Assembly (NCBI GenBank): GCA_029258835.1
Contig: JAPDJY010000030.1
Location: forward strand, 32,001 to 96,000
Origin: Thermoproteota archaeon
GTDB taxonomy: Archaea > Asgardarchaeota > Jordiarchaeia > Jordiarchaeales > Freyrarchaeaceae
Reading direction: 5' to 3'
DNA: 64,000 nt
Made by a program: the position numbers and the translations under genes. Under the pieces are notes generated by a model. It did not search any database and was not told the origin of the DNA. It saw only the letters and a list, made by a program, of their open reading frames with translations. Every line of letters starts with the position of its first letter. Positions within the stretch are counted from its first letter, which is position 1. Positions 9,068 to 20,380 of the stretch are shown here, piece after piece.

Positions 9068-10450
9068 TTATGTGATACCTGTATTCCACATTCTCATGTC
9101 TCTCCGTCCCGCCCTAGCAAAACAGTATGTAAAAGTAAGAATCCAGAGTATTGCCGTTACCACCACAGCTAGGCTACTGTAAATTGTTAATTCTTTTATT
9201 TGCTTTATTAGGTAGACAGCTAAAGCAAAAGCTGCTTTCATCCCCGTTCCCCAGTACACGCACAACATCACTCTAGGAAGCTCATAGTAAGGTATGTATA
9301 CGTTCAATATGTAACCAATGTTAGCCATGGTAAATATTAAAGACGGCTTGCTCGCTAGAAATCCCAGAACTACTGGTGTAAGAATTTTAGGTAGTATTGC
9401 AAGCGTCCTCAACTGTCCCCCTGTAACCATGTCAACTCCTAAAAACCCTCCAGCGATTAGAAGTCCTATAAGCGACGGGTTAACCCCCCTCCCCCTCCTA
9501 ACCCCCCTCACCATACATATCAATGTAACCAGCGAAATTATTCCTAGACAGACGTAATTAACATAATCGTAGAGAAACCGTGGGTTGCTACCCCAGACGA
9601 CGTAGTATGGCGGCCAACCGGGAATGTAAATGTATGGCAACCCTACATATGCGAGGAGTAGGAAGGCGGCTGCTTCAAAGAGGGCTATGGCCCTATAGGG
9701 AGGCTTTGTTATAGCTACCCCGAACGTTTTAGCTTCAAACTCTGCTGCTCCCGCAAAGATCAGCCATATGACCGATCCTAAAGCCAACGCGTCCACTATG
9801 CACATGGAAAGCGTGTACGTAACGACCATATTGTTTACCCATGAATCCCAGAGCCAATTTGCGAAAAAAACGTGGATCCCCTCTAAATAGTAAAGGGCAG
9901 CAAGGTAAACTGGTATTCCACATATTAACGTAAAGACGGTTAATGCGGTAATCCCCCGAACAACTCGCCCTTGCCTCCAAAACCATCTACTAGTATTAAG
10001 CGCCCTCCCAGCTAGAATAACCCCCGCCAGAATGCTCAAAACTGGAGATAGGGTTGGAAGCACGAAGAAGCAAAATAAGAGTAACGTGTTAAATCCATAA
10101 AATATCCTATAACGTAAAGGCACTATAGTCGTAGTATTATCTAGTACTTCAAACGTTTTAAGCAGCCTTTCACGGCTTAAAACAATAAACAGAAACCAAG
10201 GGAGCGAAAAGAATAAGGGTATAAGAAAATAATTAACGGTTACCATCCAAGGATTTTCAGCTTCAAAACTCTGCAGGAAAACGTGGAGAACAGGATAATT
10301 GAAAATAACAATGTCGCTAAAGGGATATGGCAGCAACTTTACCGGTGATAAGATAAAAAGAAGTAAAAAGTATAGCGGGATGAAGACAACTAGTAAAAAT
10401 AGGAGTAATCGTGAAAGGAGGACGCCACCAATCCTGAAACTCAATGACAT
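9068..10450 (-). CDS. Multi-pass membrane protein of unknown function
   Basis: About 11-12 hydrophobic segments in 460 aa. Confidence 0.75.
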   Translation of the reverse strand: MSLSFRIGGVLLSRLLLFLLVVFIPLYFLLLFILSPVKLLPYPFSDIVIFNYPVLHVFLQSFEAENPWMVTVNYFLIPLFFSLPWFLFIVLSRERLLKTFEVLDNTTTIVPLRYRIFYGFNTLLLFCFFVLPTLSPVLSILAGVILAGRALNTSRWFWRQGRVVRGITALTVFTLICGIPVYLAALYYLEGIHVFFANWLWDSWVNNMVVTYTLSMCIVDALALGSVIWLIFAGAAEFEAKTFGVAITKPPYRAIALFEAAAFLLLAYVGLPYIYIPGWPPYYVVWGSNPRFLYDYVNYVCLGIISLVTLICMVRGVRRGRGVNPSLIGLLIAGGFLGVDMVTGGQLRTLAILPKILTPVVLGFLASKPSLIFTMANIGYILNVYIPYYELPRVMLCVYWGTGMKAAFALAVYLIKQIKELTIYSSLAVVVTAILWILTFTYCFARAGRRDMRMWNTGIT

Positions 10451-10720
10451 ACCCCCTTAATCAAAACATCACCGTTAACTTTCTCTCCTTTTTTTATCAC
10501 ACTTCGTTTTAATGTACTTATCTCTCTTACATTTTTCTCCTTTCTATTACCTTTAACTTACTTAAAGTCAAAGGGAACGCGCTCACACGCTAAATTTAGT
10601 AAGAAAAGTCAACTCTGATAACTCACAAGGATGACTCATGTTACTTAACTATTCATCTTTCGGTTACAAAAACAAAGAAATAAAAGGAGACAAGGTAAAT
10701 AGTCCTAAAGGGGAGGGTAC

Positions 10721-11203
10721 GTGTTGAATGAATTGAAGGAACAAGTAAAACGCTATTTGAATCTTTGCAAGGAATACATAAAAATGGTTACCATGAAAGA
10801 ACCTGAAATAAAGAATTGGAAAGGCGATCTTATCGACGGATATAATGCACTCTGGGATACGATCCTGTCCTACCTAGATGATTTAAGAGAATACATAGAA
10901 GCACGTAAAAAGGTGATAAGTGAATTTGAGGCTCATCTCTTCTGGATGAAGCAGCTTCTTGAAACAAACAATGTAGGTGACGCTTCCTTTTATCTTAAGC
11001 AGGCAATGGAAGACTTAGTTGACATGAAAAGCGCCGCTACTATAGAGAAGGAGGTTGCAGAGAGGATCGAAGAACAAACTCAATTCATACTGAAGTTGAT
11101 GGAGGGCGTCAAGGCTACTAAGAGGCGCGTAGAGCTATTTGAAAAATATTATCCGCAACTTGAAAAGATGCTTGAAAAAATGATATGCATGCTTAAAGGG
11201 TAA
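10721..11203 (+). CDS. Helical/coiled-coil hypothetical protein
   Basis: 160-aa ORF, heptad-rich, GGGAGG RBS. Confidence 0.65.
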   Translation: MLNELKEQVKRYLNLCKEYIKMVTMKEPEIKNWKGDLIDGYNALWDTILSYLDDLREYIEARKKVISEFEAHLFWMKQLLETNNVGDASFYLKQAMEDLVDMKSAATIEKEVAERIEEQTQFILKLMEGVKATKRRVELFEKYYPQLEKMLEKMICMLKG

Positions 11204-11208
11204 ATATC

Positions 11209-12012
11209 TCATACTCTTCGGAGTGCTTCATTAACTTCCCGCCTAATACGTTCAGCGGCTTTCCTCGGATCCCTCGCCTCATAAATCATCCTGCCAACGA
11301 TCGCGTAATCCGCTCCTGATCTGAACACACGGGCAATTCTCCCTCCCTGAACACCTATTCCCGGGCTGAAGATTAGCTGGTTTCCTCGTAAAACTTCCCT
11401 AACTCTCTCTATTACTTCAGGATTAGTTGCGCCGACGATGACTCCATCGGCCCCCCACTCAACAGCTTTCCTAGCGAAGAGAAAATATTGTGGAACGGCC
11501 TCTTTCTCATTTACAATCACCATCCGTCCATACCCTTCCTTAGCGCCTAAATGTGACATGTATACTAAAAGAATAACTCCTCTCCCTCTTTTTTGAGCCT
11601 CATCGAAAACCCCTTTCAGAGCCCCCTCCCATCCGACGAACGGGTTAACTATAACCGCATCGAATCCCCCATCAAAGAAGTGTCGAGCCGCCCACTTATT
11701 AGTATGTTCAACATCGTTCAGCTTACAATCCATAATTGTCACCAATCCATGTTCCTCAGCATCCTCGATTACCAGTTGTAAAAGGTCAAATAGCCCTAAA
11801 GGAAGAAGCAACTGGTAATTAACCTTCAATGCGGCTATAAAATCTGCAACTTCACGTAAAATGAACCGGGCATCGTTAAGAATTCTTAACCTGTCCTTTT
11901 GCCCTCTAACCTGAACTGAATGGTCCAAGGCAAACACTATACGGCTATCCTTTTCTTCCGAGGCCCTTTTTAGCTTCTCTAGAAATTTCACGCTCAATCC
12001 TTCCCAACCCAC
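11209..12012 (-). CDS. pyrF: Orotidine-5'-phosphate decarboxylase
   Basis: ALD, DCKLNDV..T, VGAT, SPGIG.QGG, IVGR. Confidence 0.95.
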   Translation of the reverse strand: MGWEGLSVKFLEKLKRASEEKDSRIVFALDHSVQVRGQKDRLRILNDARFILREVADFIAALKVNYQLLLPLGLFDLLQLVIEDAEEHGLVTIMDCKLNDVEHTNKWAARHFFDGGFDAVIVNPFVGWEGALKGVFDEAQKRGRGVILLVYMSHLGAKEGYGRMVIVNEKEAVPQYFLFARKAVEWGADGVIVGATNPEVIERVREVLRGNQLIFSPGIGVQGGRIARVFRSGADYAIVGRMIYEARDPRKAAERIRREVNEALRRV

Positions 12013-12028
12013 ACATTAAGATCTTTAG

Positions 12029-12514
12029 CTAGTAAATTAGCTCGAGTATCTTCTCAATAACTTTAGGGAGTGCGGCCTCAACTTCCCTCGAAAGCGAAGT
12101 ACTCATTTTATTGTACTCCTTCGGTTCGACACCTACTACAATTACTTCAGGCAAAATGTTTAGCTCCTCCGCCACCTCCATTAACGTGTAAAGGTTCATC
12201 TCATGTAGAGAAGCTAAAACCCGTACTTCTTCTCTCTCAAGCTGGCTAGGGTTAATAACGTAAACATCACCCGGTTCCCCTCCCCCCAAAGCAGCGTCAA
12301 CCACAATAACTCTATCTGCCTTCTCAAAAAATTCCAGAAGCGCCACTCCACCTGTTCCTCCATCAATCACTTCAACGTCCTCCGGGAGCTTAAGCTCCAT
12401 TAACTTCTTCACGACATGTACACCTACCCCCTCGTCTCCAAAAAGATAGTTTCCAACTCCTATTACGAAGGTCTTACCCAAGTTTCTCCCTCCTCCAACA
12501 TACTTAACTCCCAA
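12029..12514 (-). CDS. Hydrogenase maturation protease
   Basis: GVGNYLFGDEGVG, IDGGT, VVDA, SLH. Confidence 0.93.
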   Translation of the reverse strand: MGVKYVGGGRNLGKTFVIGVGNYLFGDEGVGVHVVKKLMELKLPEDVEVIDGGTGGVALLEFFEKADRVIVVDAALGGGEPGDVYVINPSQLEREEVRVLASLHEMNLYTLMEVAEELNILPEVIVVGVEPKEYNKMSTSLSREVEAALPKVIEKILELIY

Positions 12515-12634
12515 TTAGTTCCCTGCCTTATTTTAGAAATAATAGCTCCATTTACATCATTTCAGACTTTAAAAATAAAAATTCCTCATTATTTCCTTTC
12601 TTTATGCTTGTATTCTACTTCCTCTGACCCCTAC

Positions 12635-13243
12635 CTAGTCTTCTATAGTTTTCCTAAGGAACAGAGCATGGATCCTCGTATCCTCTGCGAGCTCGGGATG
12701 GAACGATGTAGCTATGACCTTTCCCTGACGTGCCCCTACAATGTTTCCCTTCCAGCTACATAGGATCTCCGCTTCTCCATCCACTTCTAGGATCACGGGT
12801 GCCCTGATGAAAACTCCTTTAAACGTACCTCCTATTAACGGTATTTCAATCTCTGCTTCAAACGACTCTCTTTGCCTTCCAAAGAAGTTCCTTTCTACAA
12901 CTGCATTCAGAATTCCCACTCTGGGCTGTTGAACTTCTCCCAACACTCTATCCCTTATTTTTTTGGCTAGCACGATTAAGCCTGCACACGTCCCGAGGAT
13001 AGCTATACTCCTCCATGCTTTCCTTAGAAAACGTGAAATCCCCGTTCTCTCCATCATACTACCTATTACAGTACTTTCCCCTCCGGGAATTATGAGTCCA
13101 TTAACCTCTTCCAATTCTTCCTCTTTCTTGACGATGACCACCTCGCCTCTAATTCCTTCTTTGCTCATAGCCTCCCTTACGGCGTGGACATGTTCCTCAA
13201 TTGCCCCTTGGAACCCTAACACTCCTATGGTAGCCTTCCTCAA
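12635..13243 (-). CDS. pdxT: PLP synthase glutaminase subunit
   Basis: QGAIEEH, PGGEST, GTCAG, FIRAP, FHPEL. Confidence 0.97.
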   Translation of the reverse strand: MRKATIGVLGFQGAIEEHVHAVREAMSKEGIRGEVVIVKKEEELEEVNGLIIPGGESTVIGSMMERTGISRFLRKAWRSIAILGTCAGLIVLAKKIRDRVLGEVQQPRVGILNAVVERNFFGRQRESFEAEIEIPLIGGTFKGVFIRAPVILEVDGEAEILCSWKGNIVGARQGKVIATSFHPELAEDTRIHALFLRKTIED

Positions 13244-14166
13244 GCCCTAGCCCCTCTCTCCTGCATTCTAAGCTCTAAGGTTTTAATGTCCATTCCAACC
13301 ATAGACTTTTTCTCGTCAATCATTTTCTGTGCCTCTGCTACCGTCTCAGGGTCATCCCAGAAGGTAGTAGCCAAAACGATAGCCCTAGCTCTCTCCATAG
13401 GGTCTTCTGACTTAAATATCCCTGACCCTACAAATATGCCATCGCATCCGAGAGACATCATGAACGCGGCATCTGCGGGAGTAGCTATCCCCCCAGCGGC
13501 AAAGTTGACAACCGGAAGCCTTCCAAGCCTTCCAACTTCGGAGACCAGCTCATAGGACACTTTAAGCTCACGGCTTATCCGGATAATCTCCTGCCAATCT
13601 TCCTCTTCAACTATAGCTTTCAACCGTCTCATTTCAGCCGTCATAAGCCTCATGTGTCTTACCGCCTCAGCAACGTTCCCGGTTCCAGCCTCCCCCTTAG
13701 TCCTTATCATTGAGGCTCCCTCTTCGATCCTTCGTAAAGCTTCTCCAAGATTCCTTGCTCCATTAACAAATGGAACTTTAAAATCCCACTTCCAAATATG
13801 TCTCTCCTCGTCGGCCGGCGTCAATACTTCTGACTCGTCTATAGCATCAACACCTATCGCCTCTAAGATTTTAGCCTCATAAACATGTCCTATCCTACAC
13901 TTAGCCATAACCGGAATCGAAACATGATCCATTATTTCCTCTATAACCTTCAAACTTGCAGTTCTAGCGACTCCTCCAGCCTTCCTTACATCGTAAGGCA
14001 ACTTGTCAAGTGCCATTACCGCTACAGCTCCCGCCTCCTCTGCGATCTGAGCCTGCTCAACATTAGTAACATCCATAATGACCCCGTGCTTCTGCATTTG
14101 CATAAATCCCCTCTTAACGCGAACCGTTCCTTCAACAAATTCCCCTTCCAAAAACTCCACCTCCAA
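13240..14166 (-). CDS. pdxS: PLP synthase lyase subunit
   Basis: [42 protein letters not shown]. Confidence 0.98.
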   Translation of the reverse strand: MEVEFLEGEFVEGTVRVKRGFMQMQKHGVIMDVTNVEQAQIAEEAGAVAVMALDKLPYDVRKAGGVARTASLKVIEEIMDHVSIPVMAKCRIGHVYEAKILEAIGVDAIDESEVLTPADEERHIWKWDFKVPFVNGARNLGEALRRIEEGASMIRTKGEAGTGNVAEAVRHMRLMTAEMRRLKAIVEEEDWQEIIRISRELKVSYELVSEVGRLGRLPVVNFAAGGIATPADAAFMMSLGCDGIFVGSGIFKSEDPMERARAIVLATTFWDDPETVAEAQKMIDEKKSMVGMDIKTLELRMQERGARA

Positions 14167-14309
14167 CTCGTGTTAAACCTTACTCAAGATTTAACTTGAA
14201 TATATTTATGTTTTTCCATAGGCATGTACCCTTTCTCTTTAAACGCTAAAGCCTTTTAAGCAACCAGCAAATTTTATTCTTGTAAAGGAGCTGCCGGGAG
14301 AGGGTATAC

Positions 14310-16310
14310 TTGATATCCTCATGTGAGAAACTTTTTGAACCCCTAACTGTAAAAGGGATGACCTTACGTAACAGAGTTGTTATGCCCGCAGTACAACTTG
14401 GGTACTGTGAAAACGGCTTTGTCACCCAGAAGCTAATAGATTTTTATGTTGAACGGGCAAAAAATCAGGTAGCCCTCATAATAGTCGGAGGATGCTACAT
14501 AAACCAAGTCGCTATGGGCGTACCGACAATGGTAGGGATTTCCGATGATAAGTTCATTCCCGGGCTTAAAAAACTTACAAGTGCAGTTAAAGCTCATGGT
14601 GCAAAGATCGCCGCCCAGCTCTACCACTCCGGAAGGTATGCCTTCTCAATGGTGATAGGGACGAGGGCGCTTGCCCCGTCATCAATAAGGTCAAGGCTAA
14701 CCAAGGAAATCCCAAAAAACATGACTCTCGAAGAAATAGAGAAAACCATAGACGACTATGGAGAAGCCGCTAGACGAGCTAAGGAAGCAGGATTTGACGC
14801 AGTTGAAATATTGTCTTCAGCCGGCTACTTAATTGGGCAGTTCCTCTCCCCCCTAACAAACAGAAGACGAGACAAGTACGGTGGAACCCTCAGGCGACGC
14901 ATGAACTTCGCGCTTGAAGTCGTGGAACGAGTAAGAGAAGCCGTCGGCCCAAACTTCCCCATTCTCTTCAGGTTAAGCGGCGACGACTTCATGAAGGGGA
15001 GCAACGACTTCCACGAAGCAAAAGTGGTAGCTGCAAAGCTTGAAGACGCAGGCGTAGACATATTAAATGTTACAGGCGGATGGCATGAAACAATGATCCC
15101 ACAGTTAACAATGAACGTTCCCAGAGGTGCATACGTATACTTAGCTGAAAACGTGAAAGACGCTGTGGACATCCCTGTAATCGCATGTAACAGAATTAAC
15201 GACCCATTATTAGCAGAGAGGATCCTAAGGCGGAAGAGGGCCGACCTCGTTGGAATAGCTCGTGGCCTTATAGCAGACCCTGAATTCGTGGTGAAAGCGG
15301 CTGAGGGGCGCTTCGACGAGATAAGACGGTGCATAGCATGTAACCAAGGATGCTTTGATAGCGTGTTCATGCTGCGCCCGGTAACATGCCTTGTAAACCC
15401 GGCTGCTGGAAGAGAGAAAGAACTTGAACTTAAACCCGCCGAAAAACCGAAGAACATTTTAATAGCTGGAGGTGGGCCTGCCGGAATGCAAGCAGCTATC
15501 ATCCTGAAAAAGCGAGGCCATAACGTTACAATATACGAGAAAACTGATAAGCTAGGAGGACAGCTTATACTGGCTGGAGTTCCGAAAGAAAGAAGGGAAT
15601 TCAGAACATTTGTAGAATACCTCCGCAGGCAAGTCGAACTACTGGGCATAAAGGTCGTGTTCAATACGGAAGTAACACCGGAACTCGTAGAGCAAGTAAA
15701 ACCAGATGTGGTGATCGTGGCCACCGGGGCCAGGCCGTTAAGGCCGAACATACCTGGAATTAACAAGAAAAACGTCGTCTATGCCCATGACGTCCTCGCC
15801 GGGAAGGTGGATGTGGGAGAAAAAGTGGTGATAGTTGGCGGAGGCGGCGTCGGCTGCGAGACAGCGTTGTACCTCACCGAGGAAGGCGTAATAGACGTAG
15901 ACACGATGATATTCCTCCTTGAAAGAGGCGCGATCTCCTGTGATAGGGCGCTGAAACTTCTAAAAAAGGGCAGGGATGTAGTGCTTATTGAAATGATGGA
16001 GAAGATAGGGCGAGACATAGGTTTAACGTCCCGATGGGTTATAAATCAAAGCCTTAATATCCACGGCGTCCGAATAATAACGAATGCTAGGGTTGACGAG
16101 ATAACAGATGACGGGGTTGTAGTTAACAACGGTGAACAATTTTTCGAAGCTGACACCGTAGTCATAGCTGTTGGTGCAGAACCTAACAATGAGCTGATAA
16201 AACAACTTGAAGGGAAAGTTCCTGAAGTCTACGCAATAGGAGACTGCGTAAATCCCAGAAAAGCCCTTGAAGCAGTTCATGAAGCAACGGAGCTGGCGGT
16301 AAAAATTTAA
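14310..16310 (+). CDS. 2,4-dienoyl-CoA reductase-like NADH:flavin oxidoreductase (FadH/Old Yellow Enzyme family)
   Basis: QLYHSGR, GYLIGQFLSP..N.R.D.YGG, GWHE, CIACNQGC Fe-S motif, two GxGxxG. Confidence 0.9.
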   Translation: MISSCEKLFEPLTVKGMTLRNRVVMPAVQLGYCENGFVTQKLIDFYVERAKNQVALIIVGGCYINQVAMGVPTMVGISDDKFIPGLKKLTSAVKAHGAKIAAQLYHSGRYAFSMVIGTRALAPSSIRSRLTKEIPKNMTLEEIEKTIDDYGEAARRAKEAGFDAVEILSSAGYLIGQFLSPLTNRRRDKYGGTLRRRMNFALEVVERVREAVGPNFPILFRLSGDDFMKGSNDFHEAKVVAAKLEDAGVDILNVTGGWHETMIPQLTMNVPRGAYVYLAENVKDAVDIPVIACNRINDPLLAERILRRKRADLVGIARGLIADPEFVVKAAEGRFDEIRRCIACNQGCFDSVFMLRPVTCLVNPAAGREKELELKPAEKPKNILIAGGGPAGMQAAIILKKRGHNVTIYEKTDKLGGQLILAGVPKERREFRTFVEYLRRQVELLGIKVVFNTEVTPELVEQVKPDVVIVATGARPLRPNIPGINKKNVVYAHDVLAGKVDVGEKVVIVGGGGVGCETALYLTEEGVIDVDTMIFLLERGAISCDRALKLLKKGRDVVLIEMMEKIGRDIGLTSRWVINQSLNIHGVRIITNARVDEITDDGVVVNNGEQFFEADTVVIAVGAEPNNELIKQLEGKVPEVYAIGDCVNPRKALEAVHEATELAVKI

Positions 16311-16578
16311 AAAATTTTCCTTTATTTTGCTTTTTAGCTTGTTTTAAGGAACTTCTTTTTAAGTTATAGATTTAATATTTTGGTGGGTTTGAATTTTCGG
16401 TGATTCTGTGAGAAATTCTTCTTTTGCCTTTATCGATTAAGGAGGGAAAAATTTTATTAGATGATTCTGTGAAATTATTAGTGCAGGTTTTTCTGTTTCC
16501 CACAGTTTTTCATTTAAAACAGGTCTTTTACCAGAGTATAACTTTTAAACTAAGAGCTTTCTTGAAGGAGGTGGTATA

Positions 16579-17658
16579 GTGGGGAGAATCAAGGTGGCTA
16601 TTGCAGGCCTTGGCAACTGCGCGTCCGCACTCATTCAAGGAGTATATTATTATAAAGATGCTAAGGAGGGCGACCAGATCCCAGGGTTAATGCACGTAAA
16701 CTTTGGAGGGTATTACCCACGTGACCTAGAATTCGTGTGTGCATTCGATGTTAACAGGAATAAGATAGGACGCGACATAAGCGAAGCTATATTCGCTGAG
16801 CCAAATTGCGTCCCAAAGTTTGCGGATGTTCCAAAGCTAGGTGTCGAGGTGCTGCCAGGGCCGATCTCAGACGGCGTAGCCCCTCACATGGTGGAGCCAT
16901 TCTACACGTACGACCGGAGCAGGATGGAGGCTGTCGACGTGGCGTCAGCACTCCAAGATTCTGGAGCAGAGATCTTAGTAAACTTTATTCCAGTTGGCAG
17001 CTACGAGGCGACTAGAATCTACGCGCAAGCAGCCTTAGATTCTGGTTGCGCTTTCGTCAATTGCATTCCAGAGTTCATAGCGTCAGATCCGGAATGGGCC
17101 AAAAAATTTGAGCAAGCAAACGTTCCAATTGCTGGAGATGACATAAAGAGCCAGATAGGCGCCACGATCCTTCACAGGACCATAGTAGATCTCCTGATAA
17201 GCAGGGGTGTAAAAATCGAAAGCACATACCAGTTGAACATAGGCGGCAACACGGACTTCCTTAACATGACCGTGGAGGAACGATTAAAAACGAAAAGGAT
17301 AAGTAAGACTGAAGCCGTAACAAGCCTCGCACCATACGAATTTCCTGTCAGAATAGGGCCATCCGACTACGTCCCATTCCTAGGCGATAAGAAGGTCTGC
17401 TACATAAGAGTTGAAGGCAAGAAGTTTGGAGACCGACCAGTAACGATCGATGTAAAACTTGTGGTCGACGATTCCCCTAATAGTGCAGGAGTCGTAATAG
17501 ATGTTGTAAGGGCGGTAAAGCTCGCCTTAGACAGAGGCGTGTCAGGACCCCTAACGAGCATATCCGCATACGCATTTAAGCATCCACCAGTACAAGTACC
17601 AGACCATGTAGCCCGCCGGTGGGTTGAAGAATTCATAGAGGGCAAAAGAGAACGCTAA
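16579..17658 (+). CDS. ino1: myo-inositol-1-phosphate synthase
   Basis: GLGNCASA, GDDIKSQIGATI, NIGGNTDF, DSPNSAG. Confidence 0.96.
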   Translation: MGRIKVAIAGLGNCASALIQGVYYYKDAKEGDQIPGLMHVNFGGYYPRDLEFVCAFDVNRNKIGRDISEAIFAEPNCVPKFADVPKLGVEVLPGPISDGVAPHMVEPFYTYDRSRMEAVDVASALQDSGAEILVNFIPVGSYEATRIYAQAALDSGCAFVNCIPEFIASDPEWAKKFEQANVPIAGDDIKSQIGATILHRTIVDLLISRGVKIESTYQLNIGGNTDFLNMTVEERLKTKRISKTEAVTSLAPYEFPVRIGPSDYVPFLGDKKVCYIRVEGKKFGDRPVTIDVKLVVDDSPNSAGVVIDVVRAVKLALDRGVSGPLTSISAYAFKHPPVQVPDHVARRWVEEFIEGKRER

Positions 17659-18845
17659 AACCCCATTCCACCGCATTTTTTATTATATTCGTCTATTTTA
17701 GAGTAAACTTCCACAACTACCTTCTTTGCCCTTCTGATGCATTCTTCAAGCTTTAAACATGCAAGCTGAACACTGCAGATAGGCTCCCCTTCCTCAACTA
17801 GGCTTCCAGGCTGCGTGATATCGAATAGAAATGGTATTCCATGTAAGTCCGGTATAACATAATTCTCTTTCGCAAAAACGATGTTCTTAACCGCGAATCC
17901 CTTCACGCTTATTTTACTTGGCACCCTCCCTTGGCAAGCGTTAATGTGTTCCCTTACAATGTTCATCCCAGTCACCATTGAGACGCACTCTAGCGTACCC
18001 TGAAACCTAGGGTTAACCTCCATGAAGACCGGCTGTCCGCCTCTAACTACAAAGTCCACCCCGTTGCATCCTAGAACACTTAAACTTCTGCAAATTTTCT
18101 CGGCTGCCTCGCTCACTCTCCTCCGGATCTCCTCTTTTTCATGCGGCACTATGTTTCCGCAGTAAACGAACTCTCTTCCTCCAAGCCATGAAACCCCTAT
18201 AAGTTGCCTATTTACGGTAACCGTAACAGCCTTCTTACCGGTGCAAAGCACTGATGCGCTAACATCATCACCGGCAATGTACTCTTGAACCAACACTCTA
18301 CCTTTCCCTTTAAGCTGGCTGAATTTCTGTTCAACCTCTCTTTCATTACAAGCCAAATGTATTCCAAGCCCTCCCCCTCCAGCTTCCCTCCTCACGATAA
18401 CCGGAAACCCTATTTCCCGCGAGGCCCTAACAGCTTCCTTACGGCTCTCCACGAGAAACGTTTCAGGCACCATAATACCTTCTCTCTTAACCTTCTCATA
18501 GACCTCGAGTTTTGACCTAACCTCCCTCACTTTAGATGGCTTGTTACCTATAATTGGTGCCACTCTCTCAAGCCTGCTTAAACATTCCCACCGATCATCT
18601 AATCCGCTCCCAACTAAAACGCCGTCAACACCATGCTTACGAGCCATCTGCTCGGAAAACTTAACGGTTAACTCTGCTAAGTCGCTCCCGGCTTTAACGT
18701 AGTCCTTCAAGACAACTATGTCGTCAACCCATCCATAAATGTCAACGTCACCCCAGTAGTCAACAGCGAAAACCTTAAAGCCGCACTTCTTCGCTTGAAC
18801 AGCTATCGGCCTAGCATTAAAGCCGATAACTAAAACCCTCTCCAA
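17655..18845 (-). CDS. ATP-grasp ligase of the family often linked to C1-cofactor biosynthesis
   Basis: DYWGDVD N-terminus, GGGG.G, QEYI.G, YCGN, G.NGVDF, EVNPRFQGT. Confidence 0.85.
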   Translation of the reverse strand: MERVLVIGFNARPIAVQAKKCGFKVFAVDYWGDVDIYGWVDDIVVLKDYVKAGSDLAELTVKFSEQMARKHGVDGVLVGSGLDDRWECLSRLERVAPIIGNKPSKVREVRSKLEVYEKVKREGIMVPETFLVESRKEAVRASREIGFPVIVRREAGGGGLGIHLACNEREVEQKFSQLKGKGRVLVQEYIAGDDVSASVLCTGKKAVTVTVNRQLIGVSWLGGREFVYCGNIVPHEKEEIRRRVSEAAEKICRSLSVLGCNGVDFVVRGGQPVFMEVNPRFQGTLECVSMVTGMNIVREHINACQGRVPSKISVKGFAVKNIVFAKENYVIPDLHGIPFLFDITQPGSLVEEGEPICSVQLACLKLEECIRRAKKVVVEVYSKIDEYNKKCGGMGF

Positions 18846-18848
18846 AGG

Positions 18849-19559
18849 TCACGTCTCCCCTTTCACCTTGGCTACAACCTCTCTGACCTTCAAAAGGTAC
18901 TCACTTATACTACCCTTCTTATCAACAGCAATAGCTAAGATCCTCTCTCGGGGGAGCTTATGTAAAACCACAAGGAACTCTTCACCACCTATAACAGAGT
19001 ATTCGCTTCCATCCCTACTTATCCTATCACATACCGTGATTACGGCACTTAGCATACCAGAAGTCGTAACATAGTCTAGTGACGGGTAAGCGTCAAGAGG
19101 CATACCTTCAGCTGTCAAGACAGCTACCATAATAGCTTCAGGCATCACCTTCTTAACCACTGGTATAATTCCTTTCTCAGCATAACTTTTAGCTTCATCA
19201 ACAGCAGCTATTTGGATAGCTGCCGCTTTAACCCGGGAAACGACCCTGTCTATTCCTTCCAACTCCACGAGGTCCCTTTCAAGGAGAACCGCTAGGTTCA
19301 TCCGCGGCTTAACCGGCACACTAACCACAAAGTTCTCCCCAGAACGTGTAATAACATAATCCAACTCTTTCTTAGCTAAACCCTGAAGCACCTGGGACGA
19401 AATAGACGTTAAAGATGCTATTAAGGGTGCAGCCCCCTCCTCCATTTCCCCAATAATCACCCTAGAAAAGCCTTCCCTAGTCGCCAAAATAACCCCCTTA
19501 ACTCCTGGAGTCTCGCTTAAATCCTTAAGCAGCATCTTAACTTCCCTTTTAACATCCAT
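18849..19559 (-). CDS. Tandem (double) Roadblock/LC7-domain protein
   Basis: Two repeats: GVKGVILATREGF and AIMVAVLTAEGMP, each followed by a helix and three strands. Confidence 0.75.
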   Translation of the reverse strand: MDVKREVKMLLKDLSETPGVKGVILATREGFSRVIIGEMEEGAAPLIASLTSISSQVLQGLAKKELDYVITRSGENFVVSVPVKPRMNLAVLLERDLVELEGIDRVVSRVKAAAIQIAAVDEAKSYAEKGIIPVVKKVMPEAIMVAVLTAEGMPLDAYPSLDYVTTSGMLSAVITVCDRISRDGSEYSVIGGEEFLVVLHKLPRERILAIAVDKKGSISEYLLKVREVVAKVKGET

Positions 19560-19642
19560 GCCTCTACCTCCCTCATACCATCGCTTTTTAACGCACATTC
19601 TCCGAGAAACCGTTAAAGCTCTCTCCCTTTATAACTTAACGG

Positions 19643-20380
19643 GTGAAATCTAAAATGAAGATCACATTTCTCGGGACGGCTGCAAGCATACCAACTCCAA
19701 CCAGAGGGTTACCAGCAATCCTCTTCGACGAAGACTTACTAGTTGACTGTGGAGAAGGAACATCTCAAAAACTTTTAATGACTGATTCTCTGGAAAACAT
19801 AAAGCAAGTGGTAATAACCCACAGTCACCTAGATCACTCGGCCGGGATAGGAAGTCTAATTTGGTCTATGTGGCTCCATGGGCGAGAAGAAAACCTTCTA
19901 GTAAGCGGACCACCTTACATTGAGGACTTCATTATGTCCTTATTAAACTTGGTGAAAACTCCCTTAAAACAATTAACATTTAAGATAGAGTATGTGGCTA
20001 CCCTTAAAAACATAGAATTTGCACTTACAGAGCATCATCCCGAAACGTACGCTTTAAAAATTGAACGGAACGGCGTCTCTGTTTGCTACTCAAGCGATAC
20101 TGCTCCCTGCCCATCAGTCATCCACTTGGCACGTGGTTGCGACGTACTAATACATGAAGCCACGTTTCCAGAAGAAGAGGCAAAGCTCGCCCACGCTCTT
20201 AGACATAGCACCCCGAGAGATGCGGGACTAACAGCCTCCCAGGCTAAAGTCAAAAAACTAGTACTATTCCATTGGTCTTGGCACATGGAGGGAAAGGAAA
20301 AATCCCTAATCCGTCAAGCCGAACAATATTTCGACGGTGAAGTAATCTTGGCCTATGATATGCAATCACTTTCACTATGA
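19643..20380 (+). CDS. RNase Z-like metallo-beta-lactamase
   Basis: FLGTAASIP, DCGEG, THSHLDH, SSDT, HEAT, HST. Confidence 0.85.
   Translation: MKSKMKITFLGTAASIPTPTRGLPAILFDEDLLVDCGEGTSQKLLMTDSLENIKQVVITHSHLDHSAGIGSLIWSMWLHGREENLLVSGPPYIEDFIMSLLNLVKTPLKQLTFKIEYVATLKNIEFALTEHHPETYALKIERNGVSVCYSSDTAPCPSVIHLARGCDVLIHEATFPEEEAKLAHALRHSTPRDAGLTASQAKVKKLVLFHWSWHMEGKEKSLIRQAEQYFDGEVILAYDMQSLSL

Noticed and set aside
14825-15766. 313-aa antisense ORF (and similar ones such as 63095-63889 and 1095-1583)
   Set aside because: Shadow frames opposite well-supported genes
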